A stretch of 62,985 nt of DNA from a candidate division TA06 bacterium SM23_40 (GTDB lineage Bacteria > LJUI01 > SM1-40). Position numbers and translations under genes: made by a program. Below, piece by piece: positions 26,824-36,032 of the stretch. The stretch is taken from contig LJUI01000007.1 in assembly GCA_001303705.1 (NCBI GenBank), positions 1 to 62,985 on the forward strand, given 5' to 3'. How positions within the stretch are numbered: the stretch's first letter is position 1; every line of letters starts with the position of its first letter. The notes under the pieces were generated by a model. That model did not search any database and was not told where the DNA came from. It saw only the letters and a list, made by a program, of their open reading frames with translations.

Positions 26824-27018
26824 CCTGCATCCTCCTTGGATCGCACTCCTCCTCACCGATCTATCATCGAGAGAATCGCGCCGCTTGCATCTGCCCTCGT
26901 CTAGCCAGCCCGGTGCCCGATGAATATGGTTTCCGCTCCGCCGTCTCTGCCCAACGAACCAATCCGCGTCGCGTGATTGCGCTCCCGATCCCACTCAACA
27001 GAGGAAACGCGGGCCAGG

Positions 27019-27966
27019 CTACCCGCCTGCCAACAGACAGGCGACTGCGATCGCATCGATCTTGTTTCCCACTGTGTCAGACCGAGATGTGACCACAATC
27101 GGATACCGGCCGCCGACCACCAGGCCCACAGCCCGGGCCCCCGCGAACGAGACGAGCGCCTTATACATCCCGTTGCCCACTTCGATCTGACTCACAATGA
27201 GAATGTCTGCCCGCCCGGCTACGTCACCGCCAACTCCCTTCTGCTGCGCGGCATGCTCGGACACGGCGACATCGAGAGAGAGTGGGCCATCAATCCATGC
27301 CCCTTTGATCTGCCCCCGCTCGCCCATCTTGGAGATCACCGCCTCCTCCATCGTCACAGGCATGGTCGGATAGACGGTCTCCACCGCAGCGAGGAGCGCA
27401 ACTCGAGGACGTTCGTTCCCGAGGGCCCTCGCCACGGCAATCGCGTTCTCGATAATCCCGATCTTCTGTCCCAGGTCGGGCGCGGCCACCATCCCACCGT
27501 CAGAGACGAGGATCAGCCGCGGAACTCCCTCAATCTGAAAGATGCCGACGTGCGTGAGGAGCCGCCCGTGCACGCGGAGCCGACTCCCGTCTTCGAGGAC
27601 GACCTGCATCATCTGGGATACGGGTATGCGGCCTCTCATCAAGATCGCCCTGGTGTCCGCGCAGACGAGCTCCACCGCAATCCTCACTGCCGATCTCATG
27701 TCGGTCTCCTCGACCAGTTCCGTCGTGCTGAGGTCGAGCCCGAGCCCTCCTGCAGCGGCTTCCGCTTGCTCTCTATCTCCGACCAGTACCGGATCGACCA
27801 GGCCGAGGCGCCGTGCGGCATCTACAGCCTCCAGATCGTCGGCATCGTTCGGCGCAACGAGGACAAGCCGCAAAGGCCCCAGACCTCCGACAACGGTCTG
27901 CGCGCGATTACGAAGCTCCTCAAATGTCCGCACTGGATCGCCCATGGGAAGACCGCTATGCCTCAT
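27019..27966 (-). CDS. ptb: Phosphate butyryl/acetyl-transferase (PTA_PTB family), copy 2 of tandem pair
   Basis: LVSDGGMVAAPDLGQKIGIIENAIAVARALG...DGPLSLDVAVS...ILIVSQIEVGNGMYKAL. The start is uncertain (27987 TTG, 27966 ATG or 27945 ATG). Confidence 0.75.
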   Translation of the reverse strand: MRHSGLPMGDPVRTFEELRNRAQTVVGGLGPLRLVLVAPNDADDLEAVDAARRLGLVDPVLVGDREQAEAAAGGLGLDLSTTELVEETDMRSAVRIAVELVCADTRAILMRGRIPVSQMMQVVLEDGSRLRVHGRLLTHVGIFQIEGVPRLILVSDGGMVAAPDLGQKIGIIENAIAVARALGNERPRVALLAAVETVYPTMPVTMEEAVISKMGERGQIKGAWIDGPLSLDVAVSEHAAQQKGVGGDVAGRADILIVSQIEVGNGMYKALVSFAGARAVGLVVGGRYPIVVTSRSDTVGNKIDAIAVACLLAGG

Positions 27967-28903
27967 GGAGCAACTGAGATGAGACAACTGCTGCTACCGA
28001 CAGCGCCGCCATCTTGTTCATCCGTGTGTCGGAGCGCGAGACGAGGCTGACCGGCAGGCGCAATCCCCAGATCAGTCCTCCGAAGATTGCTCCGGCGAAT
28101 TCAATGATAGTCTTGGAGATGATATTCCCCTCTTCGATGCTCGACACCGCGATGATGTCAGCATCTCCGGCGACTTCACTCGTGATCCCCTGGAACTCTG
28201 CGGCATCCCGTGACACGGCAACATCGAATGAGAACGGGCCGTCGACGACCGCACCCTCCATCCGGGCACTCCGGCACATCTTCGCCAGAGTGGCACTCTC
28301 CATCAATTCCCCGCTATGCTGATTGACGACCTCAGAGGCACCGAGGAGGACCACTTTCGGCCTCTCGACTCCGAGTGCTCGCGAGACCTCGACCGCGTTC
28401 TCGATTATATCGCATTTCTGCTCGAGATCAGGCCTGATGACGACGCCGCCGTCAGTGATGATGAGGAGTTTATGGTATCCGGGGATGCCTAGCACTGCCG
28501 TGTGGCTGACTGTCCTCTTCCGCCTCAGTCCATACTCGCCGGAAAGGAGGATCCTGAGAATGAGAGAGGTACTGATGAATCCCTTCATTACTATGTCGAC
28601 CGCCCCCTCGCTCGCCAGCCCGGCGACCGTATGACAGATCTCCTCGTCCCCGGCCACGTCCTCCACAGCCGGTTCCTCACCCCCGATCCCGAGCTTCTCC
28701 CAGAGCCCCAGAATCTTGTCCCGATCCCCGACGAGATGGGCCTCGACGATACCCTGGCGCCCTGCCTCCGCCACCGCCTCCAGCAAAGACACGTCGAGGG
28801 CTCCGGCCACGGCGATCCGCCGCGGTCCATCCCTCCTCCCGCTCTCCTTCGCCCGCTCCACCACCTCATCCATTGTTCGCAACGCTTCACAAGCTTTGTT
28901 CAT
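27956..28903 (-). CDS. ptb: Phosphate butyryl/acetyl-transferase (PTA_PTB family), copy 1 of tandem pair
   Basis: LLIITDGGVVIRPDLEQKCDIIENAVEVSRALG...DGPFSFDVAVS...IIAVSSIEEGNIISKT. It is a paralogue of the adjacent gene. Confidence 0.8.
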   Translation of the reverse strand: MNKACEALRTMDEVVERAKESGRRDGPRRIAVAGALDVSLLEAVAEAGRQGIVEAHLVGDRDKILGLWEKLGIGGEEPAVEDVAGDEEICHTVAGLASEGAVDIVMKGFISTSLILRILLSGEYGLRRKRTVSHTAVLGIPGYHKLLIITDGGVVIRPDLEQKCDIIENAVEVSRALGVERPKVVLLGASEVVNQHSGELMESATLAKMCRSARMEGAVVDGPFSFDVAVSRDAAEFQGITSEVAGDADIIAVSSIEEGNIISKTIIEFAGAIFGGLIWGLRLPVSLVSRSDTRMNKMAALSVAAVVSSQLLHEA

Positions 28904-28954
28904 AGAAGCGCTCTTTGTATCCAGTAGCTCAGTTCTTTCCCCGGACCGGAGTGA

Positions 28955-30034
28955 TCAGCCGACTCCGTACTCCATCGCCTCCTCCATACGATCAATCACC
29001 CGGAATGCCCCGTCGGCGAGAGCCTCCATCTCATGCTCACCTGGTATGACATGGACCGGCGCAAGGAAGCCTATGTATTCCCGTACAGCGGCAATGACCT
29101 TCTTCGATCTGGCCATTCCCCCGGTGAGCACGATCGCCTCAAGCGTGCCGGCCAGCGCCGCCGCCATGGCGCCGATCTCCTTCGCCACCTGGTAGATCAT
29201 CGCATCGAAGATGAGCTCAGCCTCGGCATCCCCCTGTTCGATCATCTGCTCCACCTCCCGGACGTCGGCCGTGCCCAAATAGGCATACAGCCCACTCCCG
29301 CGGGACAGAAGATCGAGTAACTCCTTCTTTCCATACCTCCGTGAAAAAGAGAGCTCGACAAGCGGCCCGATGGGAAGGCTCCCCGCTCGGTTGGGTGAGA
29401 ACGGTCCCTGTCCCAGGAGCGCATCGTTCACATCCACGATCCGGCCTTGCTTAAGGGCGCAGATCGAGATGCCGCCACCGAGATGGGCAACGACCAGGTC
29501 GATGTCTCCGATGCTCCTCCCCAGGATCGCCGCGACCTTCCTCGCCGAAGCCTTGATGTTCAGCGTATGAGAGCGACAGCGTCGCGTAATCCCCGGGACC
29601 CCTGAGATCCTCGATCTCTCCCAGAATTCATCGACGGTAACCGGATCGACGATGTAGGCGCGGACTCCGTGGCGAGAGGCAAGCCGGTCTGCAATGAGCG
29701 CGCCGAGATTACTCGCATGGTCTCCGTAGCGCCCCGAGCGAAGGTCGTCGAGCATGGCCTCCCCGACGAGATATGTGCCACCCTCCATTGGCCTGAGCAG
29801 ACCTCCCCGTCAAACAATTCCGACGATCTGCCAGTCTGATTCCGTAGCACTCTCCAGCCATTCCTCGACGAGCCTGAGGCGGCCATCCAACTGATCAGTC
29901 GATCTGGCGTCCCGCACAAGGGGCGAGCCGACATGATCAATGTCCTGACTCTTGAGCTCGCGCTACCGTGTCCGTATTGCAATCCTCGTCGACGTCGATC
30001 CCGGATTGACTACGATGACCACCTCTTCGCTCAT
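28955..30034 (-). pseudogene. buk: Butyrate kinase interrupted by two in-frame stops (TAG 29963-29965, TGA 29810-29812)
   Basis: One minus-strand reading frame from ATG 30034 to stop 28955 (two in-frame stops marked *): MSEEVVIVVNPGSTSTRIAIRTR*RELK...GIV*RGGLLRPMEGGTYLVGE...GDHASNLGA...VLTGGMA. The track splits this frame into 29963..30259 and 28955..29788. Confidence 0.8.
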
Positions 30035-30047
30035 CGCTCCTCCCCGC

Positions 30048-30326
30048 CTACCCCCCGGCAAGGGGCAGCAAAATGTCAATCTCGTCCCCACCCGAGAGCG
30101 TTGCCCCCGCCCCGGCGAGAGACCGCGCCAGCACCCCACGATGGAAGATGACCAGATATGGTTTGAGCTCTCCCGTCGTCCCGCAGAGCTCGGCGCCGAG
30201 TCCCGGATACGTATCGCACAGGTGTGAGATGAGGCCGTGGATATCTCCGCCCCCGACATCCGCCTCGATCTCTTCCCTCCCCGCCGCCCGGGCCAGCGGC
30301 CCAGCCAGACGCACCGTGATCCTCAT
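30048..30326 (-). CDS. MoaD/ThiS-family ubiquitin-like sulfur-carrier protein
   Basis: MRITVRLAGPLARAAG...GDEIDILLPLAGG: 92 aa with a C-terminal Gly-Gly. Confidence 0.7.
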   Translation of the reverse strand: MRITVRLAGPLARAAGREEIEADVGGGDIHGLISHLCDTYPGLGAELCGTTGELKPYLVIFHRGVLARSLAGAGATLSGGDEIDILLPLAGG

Positions 30327-30421
30327 CGATTCTCTCCCGGTCTCATAGACGATGCCCGATCTGTTCACGTTCGAGTTCGCGGCGCGCTGCTCACCGGGGC
30401 GGCGACGACCGGATACTGCAT

Positions 30422-31207
30422 CTAGGTCCCAGTGAAAGAAGGCTTGCGCTTTTCCAGGAACGCACTCGTCCCTTCAAGTTTGTCTTTGGTCTCGAAAGTA
30501 TCACCAAACTGGTCGGCCTCGTACCGCAGCCCCTCCTCAAGAGAAATATCCAGGCCGTGATCGATTGCCCGCTTCGCTGCAGCAACGGCAAGGGGCCCCT
30601 GGCCTGCCATCGTTTTCGCGAGCTCGATCGCCTTTGCCAGGACCTCCTCGCGCGGCACGACATGTTCAACAAGCCCGATCCGAAGTGCCTCCTGTGCGTC
30701 GATCATCGATCCGCTGAAGATCAGTTCCTTTGCTTTCCCTTTGCCGACCAGCCGGGACAGCCGCTGCGTGCCCCCATACCCGGGGATGATCCCCAGTGTC
30801 ACCTCTGGTTGTCCGAGCTTCGCACTCTCGGCAGCGACTCGCACGTCGCACGCCAGAGCGAGCTCACATCCTCCCCCCAGCGCGTACCCATTGATGGCGG
30901 CGATCACGGGCTTGGGCAGACGTTCGATCTTTGACAGCACGGCCTGACCAGTCGTCGCCAGCCGAATGGCCCCCTTGCGATCGAGGTCCCGCATCTCGGC
31001 GATATCTGCTCCCGCGACGAACGCCTTCTCACCAGCCCCTGTGATGACGACACCGCGTACTTCACTGTCGGCCCCCAGCTCTTCGACACTCTGATCGAGC
31101 TCTGCCACAACCTCGTGGTTGAGCGCGTTCAGGACCTTCTGTCGGTCGATCGTCAGGATCGCGATCGCCCCATCGCGCTCGACACGGATGTGCTTGTACT
31201 CCATCAT
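30422..31207 (-). CDS. crt: Enoyl-CoA hydratase (crotonase)
   Basis: ILTIDRQKVLNALN...VITGAGEKAFVAGADI...NGYALGGGCELALACD, the crotonase fold signature. Confidence 0.85.
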   Translation of the reverse strand: MMEYKHIRVERDGAIAILTIDRQKVLNALNHEVVAELDQSVEELGADSEVRGVVITGAGEKAFVAGADIAEMRDLDRKGAIRLATTGQAVLSKIERLPKPVIAAINGYALGGGCELALACDVRVAAESAKLGQPEVTLGIIPGYGGTQRLSRLVGKGKAKELIFSGSMIDAQEALRIGLVEHVVPREEVLAKAIELAKTMAGQGPLAVAAAKRAIDHGLDISLEEGLRYEADQFGDTFETKDKLEGTSAFLEKRKPSFTGT

Positions 31208-31280
31208 GACCTCCTTACATTTCTCTCCGCCATCGATCCGGCATGACCGGCCGCATTCAATTCACAAAGAATGTAGTCGC

Positions 31281-32135
31281 TCACTTCGTGTAGTCGTAGA
31301 AACCCTTTCCCGCTTTCTTCCCGATCGTGCCCTCCCTCACCATCTTCTCGAGAAGCCGTGGGGGCGCGTACTGCGGCTGCTTGAACTCATCGTGCATAAT
31401 CCCGGCGATATACAGTATCGTATCGAGCCCGATGAAATCGAGCAACGTCAAGGGTCCCATGGGGTACCCGCACCCCAACTTCATAGCGACGTCGATGTCC
31501 TCCACCGACGCCACCTCCGCCTCAACGGCACGGATCCCATCAAGGAGATATGGAATGAGCAGCCTGTTGACGACAAACCCGGTCGTATCCTTGCATGCCA
31601 CGGGAGTCTTCCCCAATGAGCTGACAAATCCGAGGCCGGCCTCGAATGCCTCATCGCTCGTCGCCGGAGTCCGCACCACTTCGACAAGCTTCATGAGCGG
31701 CACCGGATTGAAGAAGTGGAGCCCGATGAACTGCTCGGGTCGCTTCGTCGCACCGGCTATGTCGGTTATCTTGAGGGAGGACGTATTGCTGGCAAATATG
31801 GCATGAGGAGGCGAGATGCCATCGAGCATCTTGAATAGATCCTTCTTCACATCCACGTTCTCGGTCACCGCCTCGATGATGATGTCACAATCTCCGAGGT
31901 CTTTGAGCTCAACCGTCCCCGTGATCTTGACCAGGGTATCAGCCATCTCTTCCTGCTTCAGTTTCCCCTTCTCCACACCCCTGGCCAGGACCTTCTTGAT
32001 CTTTCCCAGCCCTTTCTCCAGAAGTTCATCACTTATCTCCCGCACTACTGTCTCGTATCCGGACTGGGCAGAGACCTGGGCTATGCCCGAGCCCATCAGC
32101 CCGCATCCAACGACACCGACTCTGTTAATCGCCAT
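31281..32135 (-). CDS. hbd: 3-hydroxybutyryl-CoA dehydrogenase
   Basis: ATG 32135 with GGAGGAGG upstream. VGVVGCGLMGSGIAQV...ASNTSSL...GLHFFNPVPLMKLVEV. Confidence 0.9.
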   Translation of the reverse strand: MAINRVGVVGCGLMGSGIAQVSAQSGYETVVREISDELLEKGLGKIKKVLARGVEKGKLKQEEMADTLVKITGTVELKDLGDCDIIIEAVTENVDVKKDLFKMLDGISPPHAIFASNTSSLKITDIAGATKRPEQFIGLHFFNPVPLMKLVEVVRTPATSDEAFEAGLGFVSSLGKTPVACKDTTGFVVNRLLIPYLLDGIRAVEAEVASVEDIDVAMKLGCGYPMGPLTLLDFIGLDTILYIAGIMHDEFKQPQYAPPRLLEKMVREGTIGKKAGKGFYDYTK

Positions 32136-32192
32136 CTCGCCTCCTCCTCGCGTTCCCGATACCATTTAACCTTCATCTCCGACGGCGCGCTC

Positions 32193-34868
32193 CTATCTTG
32201 TCGCTGCTCCTCCTTGAGTCGCACCTGCTGCCTCGGCTGCCGCCCCGCGGACGACTCCTACGGAGTAGCGGTCGAGGTCCAAGTACTTCTTCGCCACACG
32301 TGCCACATCTTCCTCTGTCACACCGGCGATCCGCTCCTGATACAAATCAACAACCTCGAACCCGATCCCCATCGCCTCAGTCCTGGCATAGAGAAGAGCT
32401 TGCGACGAGTTCGTCTGGAGCCGGACATCGCGACTGCCGATGAGATGCTTCCTGCCGCGCGCGAATTCCTCCTTGGTGAGACCTTCATCGCGCACCGCCC
32501 GCAGTTCCTCGAGGATACCCGCCTTCGCCTCTTCCTCCTGTAGAGGGTCGGTGCCGATATAGATCTTGAACGCAGCACCGTCAGCGTGAGCATCGAGATA
32601 GGAGAATACAGTATACGCCAGTCCCTTGGCGTCCCGCAGGTTGACGAAAAGACGCGATCCCATCCCCGTGAGCGCATCATTGAGGACCTGGAACGCGTAA
32701 TAGTCCGGGTCGCCGATCCCCGGCCCGGGCATGCCGACGACGAGGTGAGTCTGCCGCTTCTCCTGAGCCTCGGCAATCTCTCTGGGAATCTCCGGGCGCT
32801 CCGTCGGGCGCAGACGGAGCTTCGGCAGCTTGCCCGGCCTCATCGGAGCGAACGCATCTTCGACAATGGCCTCGACAGCCTCGCGATCAATGTCGCCGAC
32901 GACAGCGACGACGAGGGTATTGGCCAGATAGAATTTCCTGTGCCATGCCCTGAGATCTGCCTGACCCAGCCGCCCGATGCTCTCCTCGCTCCCCTCGACG
33001 GCCAGTCCGTACGGGTGGCCGCCATATACGGCCTGATCGCACAACTCGAGAGAATGCGACAGGAGCTGGCTCTTCCCGATCCTGATCTCCGCCGCTATCT
33101 CCTGCTTCTCTTTCTCGATCTCTTTGGGATCAAACGCCGGATGGAGGACTATGTCGGCGAGAATCTCTACTCCATCCTCCAGATTCTCGCTCCCGATGTT
33201 GAGGAGGCACCCCACATACTCGTGGTCGACATGTGGCTCGAGCGCAGCTCCGAGCGCCGCCAACTCATCGGCCAGTTTCTCTGCCGACCGCTTCTCCGTT
33301 CCCTTGACCAACACCTCTTGCATCAGATTGCTGATCCCATTATTGCTCTCCCGCTCATACTTGACGCCGCCCGGAGCAAGGATTGCGACAGAGACGAGCG
33401 GGACCGCATGATTCTCCTTGAGAAGGAGAGTAATCCCATTGTCCAGGTTGACCTTCTCCGTAACCCATTCGTCGGGCGAGGGCTCGACCGCAACCGATGC
33501 CATGGTCCGGGATAACCGCCCCTCGAGGTCGGCGGCCGACAGATCCTGCTCGGGGACAGTCTCCCCCGTCGGCACGTACGCAACCACGGTGCAGTTGTCG
33601 ACTGTGAGGTACTTCTGCGCCACCCGCCTGACATCCTCACGTGTCACGCGCTGTATGCGCTCGTAGAACCGATCGAACAGACGGTAGTCCCCGTACTGCT
33701 CGCCGATGATGAGCCAGATGGCCTGATCCTCCACCGTCTCGTTTCCCATTCGATGCTCTGTCTCAACCTGCGCCCTTGCCTGCCGCAGCTCCCCCACAGA
33801 GACAGGAGACCGCTTCAGCTGTTCGATCTCCTCGACAACCGCATCGAGCGCCTCGCCGAGGTTCTGGGACTCGAGCTCCGCAAAGACCGTGAATACACTT
33901 TCATCGAGATCTGTCGAGTTATACGAGCCGATGGAGGTGACGAGCCCCTTCTCTTCCTTCACCACACGCTGGAGGCGCGACGCCCTCCCCTGCCCGAGGA
34001 TAGTCGCAAGAACATCGAGCGCGTATGAGTCCTCATGATTGACATCAGGGGTGTGGAATCCGATGCGGAGAAAACTGTACTCAATGTCGCCCTCGTACCA
34101 TCCGACCCGCATTCCCTCTTGCTCCGGCTCAGGAGGGGAACGGAAGAACGCGATCTCTCCCGGCTCGGCCTCCCGATAGACCTTCCGGACCTTGGCGAGC
34201 ACATCCTCGGTCTCAACGTCGCCGACCACCGCCACGATCATGTTGTTCGGCTTGTAGTAGGTCTGATACCAGCTGACAAGGTCTTCTCGAGTAAGGTTCG
34301 CCAGGACATCTTCATATTCCTCGATCGTCACGCCGTAGTGGTGTTCCGTGAATGCCAGTTCGTACAGCTTTACCCAACTGTATCCCCAGGGATTATCGAG
34401 AGCAGCCTTCTCTTCATGGAGGACCACCTCGCGTTCATGATCCACCGCCTCCTCGGGGATGGTCGCGTGCATCATCGCATCCGCCTGGATCTCGAGGCCG
34501 AGATCGAAGTGGCGTGACGGCAAGATAATGATGTAGTTCGTGCCGCCCGGGTAGGTGAACCCGTTCAGATACCCGCCGAGACCGTGCACCTCCTGGGCGA
34601 TCTGCCCGACCCCACGCGATTCAGTTCCCTTGAAGTACATGTGTTCGACGAAGTGAGATATTCCGATCAGGCTCTCCGGCTCCGTCACTGCGCTCCCGAC
34701 CTTCGCCCCGGACAGGATTGCAACGACCGGAGCGGCGTGGGCCTCCTTCACAATCACCGTGAGCCCGTTATCGAGCACGACTCTCGTCATGTCCTCGGCC
34801 GTCGACGTTCCTACAAGAACCGTCGCAGCAATGAGGCCCACAGCCAACAGCACGCGAATCACATTCAT
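32193..34868 (-). CDS. Double-length M16-family (pitrilysin/insulinase-like) zinc peptidase
   Basis: Signal peptide plus the inverted zinc motif GISHFVEHMYFKG (HxxEH). At 891 aa it equals two tandem M16 units. Confidence 0.85.
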   Translation of the reverse strand: MNVIRVLLAVGLIAATVLVGTSTAEDMTRVVLDNGLTVIVKEAHAAPVVAILSGAKVGSAVTEPESLIGISHFVEHMYFKGTESRGVGQIAQEVHGLGGYLNGFTYPGGTNYIIILPSRHFDLGLEIQADAMMHATIPEEAVDHEREVVLHEEKAALDNPWGYSWVKLYELAFTEHHYGVTIEEYEDVLANLTREDLVSWYQTYYKPNNMIVAVVGDVETEDVLAKVRKVYREAEPGEIAFFRSPPEPEQEGMRVGWYEGDIEYSFLRIGFHTPDVNHEDSYALDVLATILGQGRASRLQRVVKEEKGLVTSIGSYNSTDLDESVFTVFAELESQNLGEALDAVVEEIEQLKRSPVSVGELRQARAQVETEHRMGNETVEDQAIWLIIGEQYGDYRLFDRFYERIQRVTREDVRRVAQKYLTVDNCTVVAYVPTGETVPEQDLSAADLEGRLSRTMASVAVEPSPDEWVTEKVNLDNGITLLLKENHAVPLVSVAILAPGGVKYERESNNGISNLMQEVLVKGTEKRSAEKLADELAALGAALEPHVDHEYVGCLLNIGSENLEDGVEILADIVLHPAFDPKEIEKEKQEIAAEIRIGKSQLLSHSLELCDQAVYGGHPYGLAVEGSEESIGRLGQADLRAWHRKFYLANTLVVAVVGDIDREAVEAIVEDAFAPMRPGKLPKLRLRPTERPEIPREIAEAQEKRQTHLVVGMPGPGIGDPDYYAFQVLNDALTGMGSRLFVNLRDAKGLAYTVFSYLDAHADGAAFKIYIGTDPLQEEEAKAGILEELRAVRDEGLTKEEFARGRKHLIGSRDVRLQTNSSQALLYARTEAMGIGFEVVDLYQERIAGVTEEDVARVAKKYLDLDRYSVGVVRGAAAEAAGATQGGAATR

Positions 34869-35042
34869 TCTCGGCCTCCCATGTCATAGATCCCGGGTGC
34901 CTCTAAACTCCCTGCCCTGTGAAGCTCCAAGCTCCTCTCTCCCTTGTGCCTGCGGTCCCGCACACCGCGCGCCGCCGCGATCCATGCAGAAACGGGCGGG
35001 AACCATGGACCGGACCCGGTGGAAATGGCGTGCGAACCTATT

Positions 35043-35071
35043 ATCTTAGACCGCCTTCCAGCACCTGTCAA
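35043..35071 (-). promoter_or_regulatory. sigma70-type promoter candidate TTGACA-N17-TAAGAT upstream of the M16 peptidase gene
   Basis: Minus-strand TTGACA at 35071-35066, a 17-nt spacer, TAAGAT at 35048-35043. The hexamers match those of the promoter at 4816. Confidence 0.5.
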
Positions 35072-35112
35072 CCCTATTGGGGCGCGCCCCGAGCCACCTG
35101 TGATCTGCCCGC

Positions 35113-35799
35113 TCAACCGGTCTTCCCGCCGGGTCTCGATCCGCGACGGCACAGCTGGTCGATCAACTCATCGGTCGTCAAGACAGAGGCGAAGCCGAAG
35201 GCCAGGTTGAGAAGAGTCGCCAGGTGCATCTCCTCACTCACGGAGCCCGTGGCATCTGCGGGGAAGAAGACCCGATGGTCGCGGTAGTAGGCATCTCTCG
35301 CCGTCGACTCGCAGCAGAGGTTTGTCATGATCCCGCAGAGAACCAGGTCCTCGACCCCGAGGCAGCGGAGAACCGTCTCGAGGTCGGTATTGTAGAATGC
35401 AGAATAGCGATGCTTGATGATGACCTTCTCCCCGGGGAGGGGAGCGATCCCGACGTCTATCTCACTCTCCGGCGTCCCCTCGAGGCATCTCCCTTCCCAC
35501 CACCAGCCCATGATTCCCACGTCCAGGCCGTCCGGGTGGTGCACGTGGCGCGTATAGATGACGGGCCGCCCCTGTCTCCGGAAGGCGGCGATAAGCTTTT
35601 TCACGTTCGGCAGTACGGCGAGTCCACCACATGTGAATGTCGGTGACGCCGGATCGAGGAAGAAGTTCTGCATGTCGATCACCAACAACGCCGCGGCAGC
35701 GGGATCAAGCTCCAGTCTGTGCTGATTGTACGCCTCGATTCTGCGCAGCCACTCCTTCGTCCTCTCGGGAAGAGTCTCCGTCGTCACATAGTGCCCCAT
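35113..35799 (-). CDS. Isochorismatase-family cysteine hydrolase
   Basis: LLVIDMQNFFLDP...VIYTRH...LVLCGIMTNLCCESTARDA, containing the catalytic Cys motif. Confidence 0.8.
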   Translation of the reverse strand: MGHYVTTETLPERTKEWLRRIEAYNQHRLELDPAAAALLVIDMQNFFLDPASPTFTCGGLAVLPNVKKLIAAFRRQGRPVIYTRHVHHPDGLDVGIMGWWWEGRCLEGTPESEIDVGIAPLPGEKVIIKHRYSAFYNTDLETVLRCLGVEDLVLCGIMTNLCCESTARDAYYRDHRVFFPADATGSVSEEMHLATLLNLAFGFASVLTTDELIDQLCRRGSRPGGKTG

Positions 35800-36032
35800 A
35801 TCCCGCCTCCTTGGCGTTCTACCCGATCACCAGAACCGAAGGGCGGGAGCACCGGGCTCTGTCTCCCTTCTGGCGTTCCCCCACTCTCCCACCGTCCTGC
35901 TGTTCCTGCGAAGGTACCGCCCGATCGTGTGCTCGTCGAGCCGACAGCCCCCATGGCGCCCCCCATGCATATATCGACTGCCTTACGTGCTCCCTCTGTC
36001 CCCTGTCCTCCGCCTTGTGCTGGTCATGACCT

